Assembly: GCF_030144855.1 (NCBI RefSeq)
Contig: NC_082712.1
Location: 89,838,001 to 89,902,000, forward strand
Source: Hypanus sabinus
Lineage: Eukaryota
DNA: 64,000 nucleotides
Reading direction: 5' to 3'
The notes beneath the pieces were generated by a model that was not told where the DNA came from, made no database searches, and saw only the letters and a program-made list of their open reading frames with translations. Of this stretch, positions 50,547 to 63,262 are shown piece by piece. Numbering within the stretch: the stretch's first letter is position 1; the number at the start of each line of letters is the position of its first letter. The position numbers and the translations under genes were made by a program.

Positions 50547-50778
50547 GATTGATGCTGCTTGACCGGCAGATCTCCTCCAACATTCTGTGCATGTTCTTCT
50601 GGATTTTCTGTGACTTTAATGATGTTAGCATCTGTTTTGATCTGTTTCCTCTTTAGTTTTGTTGATGAATATATTAATTGTGTAATGCCCTAAACACAGG
50701 GCATTTTAAAGTCGCAGAAAATCCAGAAGAACGCGCATAGAATGTTGGAGGAGATCTGCCGGTCGAGCAGCATCAATC
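50547..50778. repeat. Inverted repeat with 73-bp arms (50547-50619, 50706-50778) and an 86-bp spacer
   Basis: Arms are reverse complements with 5 mismatches. Confidence 0.9.
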
Positions 50779-51096
50779 AGTATTGCTCACCTATTGCTCA
50801 TCTAAGCTTTGAAAATATCCCACATATTTGGAAGCTAGTTATGGGGTTTCTACTCCACAGATAGCAATGAGACATTGTACATAAAGCATCCATCCTTGGA
50901 AGAGATAGGATCACTGGGATGCTAAGATTGGCCTCCGTCCCTGCTGCTTCCATCTGTCACTGTGACGTGATCTCACCTTGCACTGATGAGTGATCTCCCA
51001 TTTCAGCTGTTGCCTGGACCAAGGTTACACCGTCTGTCCCGAAACTGTCTGGGAGAATTCATTCTCGGAGCTGGGTCTCATGGACTGTCTCCTTCT

Positions 51097-51116
51097 TCAC
51101 TGTCCAGTGTAGCCAA
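51097..51116 (-). pseudogene. Gene 4 tail exon, frameshifted (V-GYTGQ*)
   Basis: Acceptor ctgcctgtttccag; 1 nt shorter than the 15102 paralog before TGAAGAAGG, giving an early TGA. Confidence 0.65.
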
Positions 51117-52149
51117 CTGGAAACAGGCAGATGGATTTTTGATTGTGAACTCAACTGGCAGATTTGGTGCAACTGGTAGTCAGGACATCAGCTTATCCAA
51201 GCAGGTGACAGCGATCAATACACTTGCAGAAGTCTTAGGCTCATACATGTAGTGTAGCTAGGGTGCCTAAGACTTCTGCATAGTCCTCTGTTTGGCAACA
51301 TAGATCAGAGCAGGAGTTTGTAAATCTACTGGCAGCAAAGGATTTATAGAATATTGAGAGCGGAGCATTGTAGGAGGGGCATAGTATAGGTGGCAGAGGA
51401 GTGCTGGATTAGCACTGTTGCAGACATACTCTGCCTTGAGACAGCAGGAAAGGTCCAGTCTGATTCCAGACAATTGCCTTATTGATCATTATGGAATGTC
51501 TCTCTGCTGCTCCCAGCTCTTTCCCCTCTGCCTTCCGCTTTTTCCAACAATAATTCCCCTCTCTCTGCCGACCTTCTCACTCTTGGTCCAAATTAGAAAC
51601 CCATAGTAGAATAAGGCTTATCATCACTCACTTATATCATGAAAATTGCTTTTTGGTGCAGTAGAGTATAATAGATAAAATCACTACAGTACTGTATTCT
51701 CAGGCACAATACTGCACATCGATTGGTGACAAACAGATGGACTTGGGAGCACTGATCTATACCCATCACTGTGGCACTGAGAATGAAGTACCACCAGGCC
51801 AAGCAGTCATCACGGGAGCAATCTGAGTCAGAGTTGAAGGCTTTGGCCCAAATGGGGCTACAGCAAGAACAGGTGGAGTGTAGGTAAGTTCATTCCTTAT
51901 TCCTTATTCAATTCTAGAGAGGAGGCATATCTACAGAGCCAGTGTACTGTTCTGAGTATCAGATGTGGGATTTCCAGGAGACACCCTGTCTCCTCGTTTG
52001 CCACCTCAAAACGCAGCTCCTTACAAAAAGTGTTAGGGAGCTGGAATTACATTTCAATGACCTTCAGCTTGTTGGGAAAAAGTGAAGCAGTGATAGGCAG
52101 AGGCTACAGGGATGTAGTCACCATTTTGAGTAGCCCACTTTGAATACCG

Positions 52150-54085
52150 TTGAGAGTGGGAGAAGCATAACACATGTATCAGTGTCGCAATGGAATAAAG
52201 GGAATTCATTGCCCAGGTGAATTAGGGGAGGATACAGGCGATACTGACAGCAAGCGGAGATGGCTGAAGTTTCTGGGGGTATTTCAGAAGGTGCAGCATA
52301 GATATGTCCCACAGACGTTCTCACATGGCAGGGGTAGGCAACCTTGGCTGACAACGAATCTTTAGAACTGCATAAAATCCAAGAAAATGACATACTGTAT
52401 ACTGTAGCAAAAGTGAGTAGACAGTTGGATGATTGGGAAGCTTTTAAAATCCTCAAAACTCAAAGCTATAAGAAGGGAAAAGATGAACTATGAGCCCAGT
52501 TTCCAATAATATAAAACAGGATGTCAATTTTTTTCAGATATATAAAGAGTAAAAGGGAGGTTAGAGTTGATATTTGACCACCAGAAAATGATGCTGGTGA
52601 GGTAGTATCGGGGGGAAAAAGAAATGGCAGATGAACTAAATGGGTACTCTGCATCGTCTTCACTGCGGAAGACACTAGCAGTGTGACAGAAGTCCATGAG
52701 TGTCAGACAATAGGAGAGAGTGCCATTGATATTATAAAGGAAAAAGTGCTAGGTAAACTCAAAGGTCTTAAGGTGGATAAGTCATCTGGGCCAGATGGAC
52801 TACATCCCAGAGTACTGCGGGAGATTGCTGAAGCGATGGTGGATGCATTGGTCGTGATTGTTCAAGAATCACAACCATGTCTTGAGTCATGGTCTTGCAG
52901 GACTGGGAAATTGCAAATGTCATTCCATTCTTTAAGAAGGGAGGATGACAAAAGAGTGGAAATGATAGGCCAGTTAGTCAAGCCTCAGTGGCTGGGAAAG
53001 TGTTAGAGTACATTACTAATCTATTAGAGTTCTTTGAAGAAGTAATGACATGGATAGAGGAATGGCTGACAGGAAGGAGGCAGCAACTGGGAATAAAAGA
53101 ACCCTTTTCTGGTTGGCTGCTAGTGACTCGTGGTGTTCCTCGGGGGTCAATTTTGGGGCCACTACTTTTCAAATTGTTTCTTAATGATTTAGATAATGGA
53201 ATTGATTGCTTTGTGGATGATACAATGATGCGTGGAGAAATGGGTAGTGCTGAGGAGGCAATGTAATTGCAGCAGGACATAGACAATGAGCAAAAAGCGG
53301 CAGATGAAATACAATGTTGGGAAGTGTATGGTAATGCATTTTGGTAAAAGGAACAGTAGAGTGGACTATTAGCTAAATGAGGAAATAATTCAAACAAGAG
53401 GTGTAAAAGGACCTAGGGGTCCTCATGCAGTACACTCAGAAGGTTAATTCTGTGGTCAAGAAGGCAAGTACAGTGTTGGCATTTCTTTCAAGGAGATAAT
53501 GGTGAGGCTTAATAAGGCACTAGTCAGGCCGCACTTGGGCTACTGTGAACAGTTTTGGGCGCCAAATTCAGAAAGGATGTGTTGTCAATGGAAATAATTC
53601 AGATGAAGTTCATGGGGATAATTCTAGGAATTAAAGATTTAACATGTGAAGAGTGTTTGGCAGCTTTGGGCCTATACTCACTGATATTTAGAAGAATTCA
53701 TGGGGATCTTATTGAAACCTACAGAATGATGAAAGGACTAGATAGGGTGCAAGTGGAGAGGATATTTCCTATGGTCCGTGTATCCAGAACTAGAGGGCAC
53801 AACCTCAAAATTGAGGGGCAACCCTTTAGAAAAGAGGTAAGGAGGAATTTTCTTTAGCCAGAGAGTTGGAGATCTGTGGAATACCCTGCTACAGACTCAG
53901 GGAGAGATCTAATCTGTGGGTATACTTCAGGCACAATTTGATCGTTTCATAATCAGTCAGAGCATCAAAGGATCAGGTGAGAAGGCAGGTGGGTTGGTGG
54001 GATCTGGGATCGGCCATGATGAAATAGCAGAGCAGAATCTATGGGCTGAATGGTCTCATTCTGCCCCTGTGTTTTACGGTCTTAT
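52150..54085 (+). mobile_element. Decayed CR1 LINE
   Basis: GPDGLHPRVL, GVPRGSILGPLLF, RGHNLKI; CR1 3' tail near 54080. Confidence 0.85.
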
Positions 54086-55048
54086 GGACACTTAGTAGCT
54101 ATCATATTAGATGTAGCTGTACACCTGCTGTTTAATGCAAATATTTACTCAGCCATTTATGTGGCACGAACTCAATGCAAAAAAGCATGCTGATCTGGTC
54201 GAGGTTCAGATGTTGTTTAAACCAATCTCTGAATGGGAAAAAATGTGATGGAACTAACTTGGACATTAGACTTAGTATCTCCAAAACAGTTGGTCTCCTG
54301 TGAATTACATGCACAGTGGTTCCAACAGTGGAGTGCAGAAGAGCATCTCTAAATGCACAAACATCTAACCTTGACATGGATGGGCAGGACGAGCTGTTTC
54401 AAATGCTAATTTGTTTAACTGTATACACCTGTATGGATGTGTGATGGTTAATGTTGAAATTGAACTTGAAGACAACACTGGGTTCCACTCCTGCACCAAA
54501 TAGAGTGGCCACTGAGTAAAGAGCAGGACATCACAGGAAAAAGGCCCTTTGGCCCATGATGTTGCACTGATCTACTAAAACTAGTAACGGCACAGTTAAC
54601 TAACCTGGCTACATGAAGATATCTCTCCATTCTCTTCATGTCCATGGGAGGAGGTGGTCATTTAAAACTTTAAAAGTTGAGGCAGTTCTGGAATTCTTGG
54701 CAAAATCACCTGAAGCATTTCAGATCTGAAAGTGATGGACTTTCCAACACTTCGATATTGAGGCTCCTCTCAAGTAGTAGGAAAAGTGATAAGAGGCCTG
54801 GGGTTCATCTGTTGAAGTTTCATTGAAAGCTGAGGCTTATTTGAGGGGCCGAGTAGCCTAATACTGCTCCTGTTTTCCGAAGAAGATGTTAGGGGGAAGG
54901 ATGGGCTTGGCTTGCCGAGAATCACCATGGTAGAGTTTTCAGTGAAAGAGGATGGGGTGTTACAAAGTCTGGAACCATCATTCAGAGCCTCAGATTATGC
55001 TCGACTGTGGACGGTACATAAAGGGTATACCAAGTCTAATTGGAGGCT

Positions 55049-58000
55049 TTTTGACTTTATCACGTCCTGCAAGGATCACAAGATCTTCCATCTGCAGATC
55101 CCAGAGCATGGTCTTGGTATCGCGTCACCGGCCCCGGTAGTCAATCTCGGCTGCCCCAGCGACACAGGGCATGTTGAAAACCCGGACTCCAGCACCATCA
55201 CTGCGTGCTCCCGCGACCATGGACAGCTTCAAAGGGATGGCGCAGCCACCGACTGCGACTCCAGCCTTGAACTCCAGGCCGGGTCTTCACATGCTGCGAT
55301 TGTGACTCCCGTCTCCCCTTCCCCCACAACCACGATGCAATCCCCTCTCCCTCAGATCCCATCGTCAGCTCCTGGGCCCTCAGAGGCTCCATCTTCCTCT
55401 CACCCCAACCCTCCCCTCTCCATCGACACCACCAGCCTCCCTCCCCACTCTGATCCCATCTCTCATCCGTGCCGGGTCTTTACCATTCCCTCCGACCTTC
55501 AACTCACTGAGGCAGAATGCTCTGTCCTCAGTAAGGGCCTCAGCTTTTTCCCCCTTCGCCCACACCTCAGTGAGTTCCGCGTATGCCATGACGCTGAACT
55601 CTTCTTCCGCCGGCTCCGTCTCCGAGCTTACTTCCTTGACAAGGACTCTCCTACCCCCACCGATGACCCCTTCTCCCGTCTTCAACCCTCCTCCTCTTCA
55701 TGGACACCCCGCTCTGGTCTTCTGCCTGCTCTGGATCTCTTTATTGCTAACTGCCGACGGGACATCAACCGTCTCGACTTCACCACACCCTGTTCCAATT
55801 CCAACCTCACTCCTTCCGAATGCTCTGCTCACTGCTCTCTCCGCACCAATCCCAACCTCACTATAAATCCCGCTGATAAAGGGGGAGCTCTTGTTATCTG
55901 GCGTACTGACCTCTACCTGGCCGAGTCACAGCAACAACTCTCTGATACCTCCTCTTATTTACCCCTTAATCATGACCCCACTAAGGAACACCAGGCCATT
56001 GTCTCCTAAACCATCGCCAACTTTATCAGTTCTGCGGATCTCCCATCCACTGCCACCAACCTCATAGTTCCCACACCCCGCACTTCCCGTTTCTACCTCC
56101 TACCCAAGATCCACAAACCTGCCTATCCAGGTAGACCTATTGCCTCAGCTTGCTCCTGCCCCACCGAACTCATTTCTGCATACCTTGACACTGTCTTATC
56201 CGCCCTTGTTCAATCTCTTCCCACCTATGTTCATGACACTTCTCATGCTTAGAATTGTTTCAATCATTTTAAGTTCCCTGTCCCCCACCGTCTTATTTTC
56301 ACCATGGACGTCCAGTCCCTATATACCTCCATCCCCCACCGAGATGGTCTCGAAGCTCTTCGCTTTTTTTTGGATTCCAGACCTAACCAATTCCCCTCTC
56401 CCACCACTCTCCTCCGTCTGGTGGAATTAGTTCTTACTCTCAATAATTTCTCCTTTGGCTCCTCCCACTTCCTCCAAACCAAGGGTGTAGCCATGGGCAC
56501 CCGCATGGGTCCCAGTTATGCCTGCCTTTTTGTTGGCTTTGTGGAACAGTCCATGCTCCAAGTCTATACCGGTATCCATCCCCCTCTTTTCCTTCGCTAC
56601 ATTGACGACTGCATTGGCGCTGCTTCCTGCTCGCATGCTGAGCTCGTTGACTTCATTAATTTTGCCTCCAACTTTCACCCTGCCCTCAAATTTACCTGGT
56701 CCATTTCTGACACCTCCCTCCCCTTTCTTGATCTTTCTGTCTCCATCTCTGGAGACGGCCTATCTACTGATATCTATTATAAGCCTACAGACTCTCACAG
56801 CTACCTGGACTATTCCTCTTCCTACCCTGTCTCTTGCAAAAAGGCTATCCCCTTCGCACAATTCCTCCGTCTCCACCGCATCTGCTCTCAGAACGAGGCT
56901 TTTCATTCCAGGACGATAGAGATGTATTCCTTTTTTAAACAAAGGGGCTTCCCTTCGTCCACCATCAACTCTGCTCTCAAACACATCTCTCCCATTTCCC
57001 ACACATCTGCTCTCACCCCATCCACCCGCCACCCAACTCGGGATAGGGTTCCCATTGTCCTTACCTACCACCCCACCAGCCTCCAGGTCCAACGTACAAT
57101 TCTCCGTAACTTCCGCCACCTCCAAAGGGATCCCATTACCAAACACATTTTTCCCTTCCCCCCCTCTTTCTGCTTTTCGCAGGGATCTCTCCCTACGCGA
57201 CTCCCTTGTCCACTCGTCCCCCCCCCCATCCCTTCCCAACGATCTCCCTCCTGGCACTTATCCTTGTAAACGGAACAAGTGCTACACCTGCCCTTACACT
57301 TCCTCCCTCACCACCATTCAGGGCCCCAGACAGTCCTTCCAGGTGAGGCGACACTTTACCTGTGAGTCGGCTGGTGTGGTATACTGCGTCCGGTGCTCCC
57401 GGTGTGGCCTTTTATATATTGGTGAGACTCGACGCAGACTGGAAGACCGTTTCGCTGAATACCTACGCTCGGTCCGCCAGAAAAAACAGGATCTCCCAGT
57501 GGCCACACATTTTAATTCCACGTCCCATTCCCATTCTGATATGTTTATCCATGGCCTCCTCTATTGTCAAAATGTATCCAAACTCAGGTTGGAGGAACAA
57601 CACCTTATATACTGGCTGGGTAGCCTCCAACCTGATGGCATGAACATTGACTTCTCTAACTTCCGTTAATGCCCCTCCTCCCCTTCTTACCCCATCCCTG
57701 ACATATTTAGTTGTTTGCCTGTTCTCTATCCCCCTCTGGTGCTCCCCCCCCCTTTCTTTATCCTAAGGCCTCCCATCCCATGATCCTTTCCCTTCTCCAG
57801 CTCTGTATCGCTTTCGCCAATCACCTTTCCAGCTCTTAGCTTCATCCCACCCTCTCCGGTCTACTCCTATCATTTCGCATTTCCCCCTCCCCCCCACTAC
57901 TTTCAAATCTCTTACTATCTTTCCTTCCGGTTACTCCTGTCGAAGGGTCTCAGCCCGAAACGTGGACAGCGCTTCTCCCTATAGATGCTGCCTGGCCTGC

Positions 58001-58070
58001 TGTGTTCCACCAGCATTTTGTGTGTGTTATTGTTTGAATATCCAGCATTTGCAGATTTCCTCGTGTTTGC
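55049..58070 (+). mobile_element. Near full-length Penelope-like element (RT + GIY-YIG, probably Neptune group), inactivated
   Basis: FYLLPKIHK, DVQSLYTSIP, GVAMGTRMGPSYA, RYIDD, Cys linker CKRNKCYTC, VVYCVRC...LYIGET; stops near 56008 and 56250 and a frameshift near 57150; 14-bp TSD tctaat(t/g)ggaggct at 55035-55048 and 58071-58084. Confidence 0.92.
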
Positions 58071-58138
58071 TCTAATGGGAGGCTGACACGATTCACTTAG
58101 ATGGACAGGGATCTGCAAGGACAGAGAATGCAGATTAC

Positions 58139-58264
58139 CTGTAACTGGGATCCTCTTGATGAGGTAAATGCCCACGGTCCACACCACTGCCAGCAGTCCC
58201 AGATCCAGCGCTGTTCGGATCATCAGGACGGAGCCGTGGATGAGGTTCTGCATCTCCTGAGTTA
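58139..58264 (-). pseudogene. Gene 4 TM exon (V-TQEMQNLIHGSVLMIRTALDLGLLAVVWTVGIYLIKRIPVT)
   Basis: Frame open and donor GTAATC; upstream acceptor mutated to CAA but the second CAG is intact; extra Asp in the helix. Confidence 0.8.
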
Positions 58265-60276
58265 CTGTGGTCGTTGTGGGGGGTCAATGAACCTCTTGTG
58301 ACTTGTGATCCAGAGCAGTGACTGAGACACAGGAGGAGAGGGAGGAGAGAGCACACGGATGTGAAGGACCGGGGTAAAACATAGAGTCAAGATTGTAGAT
58401 TATGACCCAATCCTACAGGAGAGGGGAGAGTCAGCGGCACAGGAGGGAGGGTCTGAATAATCCTGAGGCGTTTCCGACTGGTGAGTTGCGATTCAGCACG
58501 GACACAATGTCCCGCAGCTTGAGGACAGATGGACTCTAAGACTGTGATGAAAACAGCGTGTCAAACCTTAGGAAGCATCCCAGGGCCTGGAGGGAGTTTT
58601 ACAATGAAGAACGGGATTAGAAGAAGAAAAATCGAGGTCCATTACAGTCCAAATTGACATAGAGTTGGTCTATTAAAGTAGTGGTTAGTTTTGTGTCAGT
58701 TGCCCGAAGAACCAGCTGTCTGGAGGGATGTAACTATTCTTCAAGCTGTTGGTGTGGGACTTCAGTCCTCTAAACCTCCCCCCGTGGTAGCTGTCTGAAA
58801 ACTATATTAAGCCGTTGGGTGGATCGTTCATCATGGACCTTGGTTACTGATCAGTAAGTCCACAGACAGGCCGAGATTCCATAAAGGTGCTGTGCAGGTC
58901 GTAAGGGTTGTTAGGAAGGCATATGGGCGGTGGGCCATCATGGTGGGGAGGAAAGAGTTCAAGAGCTGTGGGGTTAAGATGCTGCACTGTAAAATCTTGA
59001 TTAGATCACATTTGTAATATCACATTCAGTTCTGGTTACCACTGTACGGGAATGCTGTGGAGGCATCAGAAAGGCCACAGGGGAGATTTAGTGGGATGCT
59101 ACTTGTTCTAGAGAGACTTTCCAATGAAGGTAGGTTGAGCGAGCTCATGCTTTTCTCTTTGGAGCAATGCAGGATGAGAGGTGACTTGATAGAGGGACAC
59201 AAGATGATAAGAGACATGTATTCAGTGGGTAGACAGTGACATTCCCAGGGGTGCATTGCTCAATAGGAGGTGGTGTACTTGTAAAGTGATTAGAGGGAAG
59301 TATCGGGGGAATTTTAGAGGTATGTTTGTATTTATACAGACAGTGTGGGTGCATGAAACACCCTGCCAGTGGTGGCGGTAGAGGAACATACATTAGATGC
59401 ACTTAAAAAAAAACTCATAGACAGGAACAAGGATGATAGAAAATGGAGAACTATGTAGGAGAGCTGGGTTGTTAACCTTAGAATAGGACAAAATGCCGAT
59501 ACTACATATGAATTGAAGAGCCTCTACTGTGCTGTAGTGTTCTATGTTCTACTATGCAAAAATCAATCATACTGCTGACAGTGTGGAGAGTAAACTTGTC
59601 AGTACTAAAACTCATTGTGATGGTGAAATGGGCTGAGATATCATCGAAGGTATTTATTCCAGAGAAGTTTGTGCTAAAAGACATTCTGAACATTACTGAG
59701 GCCAGGACATGGAATACCGCAGAAGAGAGTGGAGAGACTCTTCTCGCTACAGAGAGTGTGAAGAACGTCCACAGGATATCATCTGGGACAGAACGCTTCA
59801 GTAATTAGGAGGGACTAGGTCTATATTCTCTGGAATGGACATGGCTGTGCAGGAACATGATTGAGGTGCACATACCCATGAGGGTATTGACAGGGTGGAT
59901 GAAAGGTAGTATTTGATAAAACATCAAGGTGAAGGATAAGGGACTTGGAGGGAGTCTGAGAAGGAAGTTTCACACTCAGACAGTGGTGAGTATTTGGAAC
60001 ACACTACCAGAGAGGGGGGGGGCATTGCAGTCACTGACATCCTTTTGGAATTATCTACACCAATACCAATACCTTAGCGACAGGTGAGGGATGAACCCCT
60101 GGAGGTCAGCTTAATGCAGGTGGTGGTCAATCGGTCAGTATGGGGTATGATGGACTGAGTGGACTGACCTCCTGCAGGATGAGAATGTGAAAACACGAAG
60201 CTGGGTTGATGCACAGGAATTAATTGAAAGAACCTTCAGACAAGAGCAGAGGTCAGGGTAAGGATTCAGGACTTAT

Positions 60277-60647
60277 CGCTTACTGACAGAAATCCCTGAG
60301 ATGCTTTGTCATTCAGGCAGCCTATCATGATCATTGAAACTTGTCACACGGCAGAAATAGAAATTAGAGTCATTTCCTTTCAACTGATATAAGTGGATGG
60401 ATCTCGTTTTGTCTCGCCGTGCGTAGCCCAGGAACTCGACCCGGCCTCGGTCCCCCGAATGCGTTGTTTAGTGAAGAATTGAATATCTTTGTACCAAAAA
60501 AGCCACCAACTCTCCAAATGATATGAATGTCTCGGGGTGTATAAGTGTTCGGATAAGTGAAGGAACAGGGGAGAATGACGGACCCATTCTCTGCAGCCTC
60601 CAGGTACCCCATCTGCTTCACCCGGAACTCATGGCCACCGGTCCGTG
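60277..60647 (-). pseudogene. Gene 4 D2 pseudo-exon
   Basis: Two 2-bp deletions, TGG->TGA, canonical donor GT->AT, canonical acceptor AG->TG. Confidence 0.9.
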
Positions 60648-61717
60648 CAGAGGCTAAAGGGAGCAAACGATCATTCGGGAACCTCCTATCACACTTCACT
60701 CGGTGGAAAATCATCTCATAATGCTCTCAGCAACAGACAAGTCCCTCCGCTCTGATTAATAAACTAGACCAATGCAGACTAAATCTTCCACTCTCCAAGC
60801 CTGTGACCACCATTGGAGAATAAGGCAAAGCAGGCATCGATCCCCGAGCCCCTAGATTACATATCAGCATCCACCTCAATTCCCTAGACCTACCATTCTC
60901 AACAAATATCACTTAAACCCTTGGATGAGATCACAACGTGTAACCCATAGATATGAATTAGTTACATATAATCCGGAAGATCCAACAATAGATCCTAGCC
61001 TATAAGTCTCTCTGGGCATATATTTCTGAATATAAACTCTCTGACCGCGCGATTGCAGTCCAGTCTGTAACTCACTCCCGGGGATCTGTGTGTTGCCAGG
61101 TAAACAATCTGAACACCAGATTAGATTCTGCTCCATACCCAACTCATGGTTACTTTTTATTCTCTATATTAAACTCCCAAATATTTTATAGAGATTACAG
61201 TGTCTAACTCACGAATGGAAATCTGTATTTAACAGCATAAACTCAATGAACCCCTAGATAAGATTCCACTCACTACTAACTCTCTGGGCTCTCTTGCACA
61301 GGACCCAAACCCCTGGATTAAATCCCCGTCTGTATCTCACAGCTACGTATCACTTAATCGATAAATAAACCCACGGAGCGCCTGAGTTACATCCACTTCA
61401 GTAATTGAATCCCTGGGGTTTGTATTCCAACATAATTACAGTATGCTCGACCCGGCTCCCCTCTCACCACAGACTGTCAGGAATCTCTAGGTGTGTGTGT
61501 TCGTGCTTGTGTGTGTCCGTGAGACTTCCGCAGTTTCATCTGCTTCGTCTGTCTGTCTGATTCCTTCTTCGGTACGGAGACATGTAAACTTCGTAAACGT
61601 AGTAGCTGCCCCTATTTGCCACTCGTTGTTCCCTCACCTGCAACACGGCAACCCCAGACAGCAACTCCAGACGCATCCAAGTCCACACTCTCTGCAGACA
61701 GAGGAAGGGGTTCTCAC

Positions 61718-62056
61718 CTTGAACCGACAGGACGGTCCCAGGACCTGTGTACTCTTCCCCCAAGATCACCACAATGCAGAAGTACACGTTGCTGTCCCTT
61801 TCTTCGACCCGGTGTAGGCGGATGGAGCCCGTCTTGTCTCTAAGTGGCGAACCCAGGAAATTGATCCGGCTTTTGAAATCTTTGAGTGTGTAGTTATCCA
61901 GGTATCTGAATATATCTGTCTTGTGTTAATGGCGAACTCTCCATCTGATGTCAACGTGTCGGAGTGAGATTTCCGGGTGTGTAAAGGTGCAGGTGAGAGT
62001 GACGGACGTCCACTACAGCCTCGATGTATTTCGGCTGCTCCATCCGCTGCTCCATG
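61718..62056 (-). pseudogene. Gene 4 D1 pseudo-exon
   Basis: Deletions of 13, 2 and 3 bp (339 versus 357 bp); TAG shortly after the 13-bp deletion. Confidence 0.9.
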
Positions 62057-63262
62057 CTGAGGGAGACGGAGAGAGCAAATGGTCATTTGGGAACCTCCAA
62101 CCGCATCTCACCTTGCGGATAATCAGCCCGGAATTATCACAGCGACAGGCAATTCCCTGCCCTGTGATCGATAGACCGAACTCTAGAACAGTTCTTTTTC
62201 CTCTCTAACCCATTAAATCCAAATTGCAACAGACCCGCACTACCAACCACCAGCACCCTGACCCGGCGTGGATAACTTCACTCACTGCATCTGTGAACTC
62301 ACTCTCCCATCTGCACACTCGTTACAAATCAAGTTCTCAGTATTATTTCTGTTTAAAGAATTTCACTTGCTTTGTGTATTGGCTGTCAGTCTTTGCTCAT
62401 GTGCAGATTATTATAAATTCTATTGTATTTCATTATTTTCCTGAAATGTCGGCAAGAAAAATTATTCCCAAATATGGTGACGTTTACCTACATCGATAAT
62501 AAATTTTACGTTTATCTTTCACACTCCGAACCTATGACTACCAATAGGGAATCAGGCAACACGGGCATAAACTCCTGGACCCAGAGCTTAGATTTCAGAA
62601 TCTACACACTTCGGCAATGCTATTGCTTTATAAACACCTTTGAACCTCGCAATACTATGTGGGTGTGATCCTGCGTGTGTAGATTCCAGCCTGCAACTAA
62701 TGCTTCGGATCTGTTATTCATTGTATAAACACATTAAACCATTTTACTGGATTCCAACCTGTAACTATGCCCTGCAATCGGTTATGGACCAAAGCTCGGA
62801 ATTCGTACCGCCGCCTTTCGAGCCCACCCTGCCCGTTCTGTCCTTGCCCTCTCTCCGATCAGCCATACAAGCCGCTACAAATCGTCTCCCTCCAAAATAA
62901 AACCCTGCGCCTCAGCAACCCTCCAGCTTTAACCCCGGCTTTAGCAACAGGCCTTTGCCCGGACCTCCTGTTCCTCATTTCAACTCTTCATACCGTTAGC
63001 GGGTGGGAAACACTTCGAGTTGTTCCTCATCTCCGGCGATGTTGCTATTCAAATGCAGGCATTTGTTCCTCCAATCCAGTAAGGCATCATTTCGCTTCTC
63101 TGAAATGGAGAGGCGAAACAGGAGGGAGGTTTCCCGCAAGGGTTCCGAGGGTTCCGCACCGGACAGGTTATTCTGGAGGGCGCTTTAAGAGGGGTTGGTT
63201 GACATGAGGGAATATGAGGAATGTGGATAGAGTCGGTACGTGATGAAGCTGGGTCTACTCAC

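Noticed and set aside
54912-56009. 365-aa ORF as a novel host-transposon fusion protein
   Set aside because: Chance open frame running from flanking DNA across the TSD into the Penelope-like element; antisense to the host gene, with no support for the start codon.
60277-60654. Gene 4 D2 cleanly skipped (both splice sites lost), giving a single-domain NKp30-like stage
   Set aside because: A new TAG acceptor lies 6 nt upstream and a GTAAGC donor 7 nt inside the exon, so skipping is not implied; the leader and D1 are frameshifted anyway.
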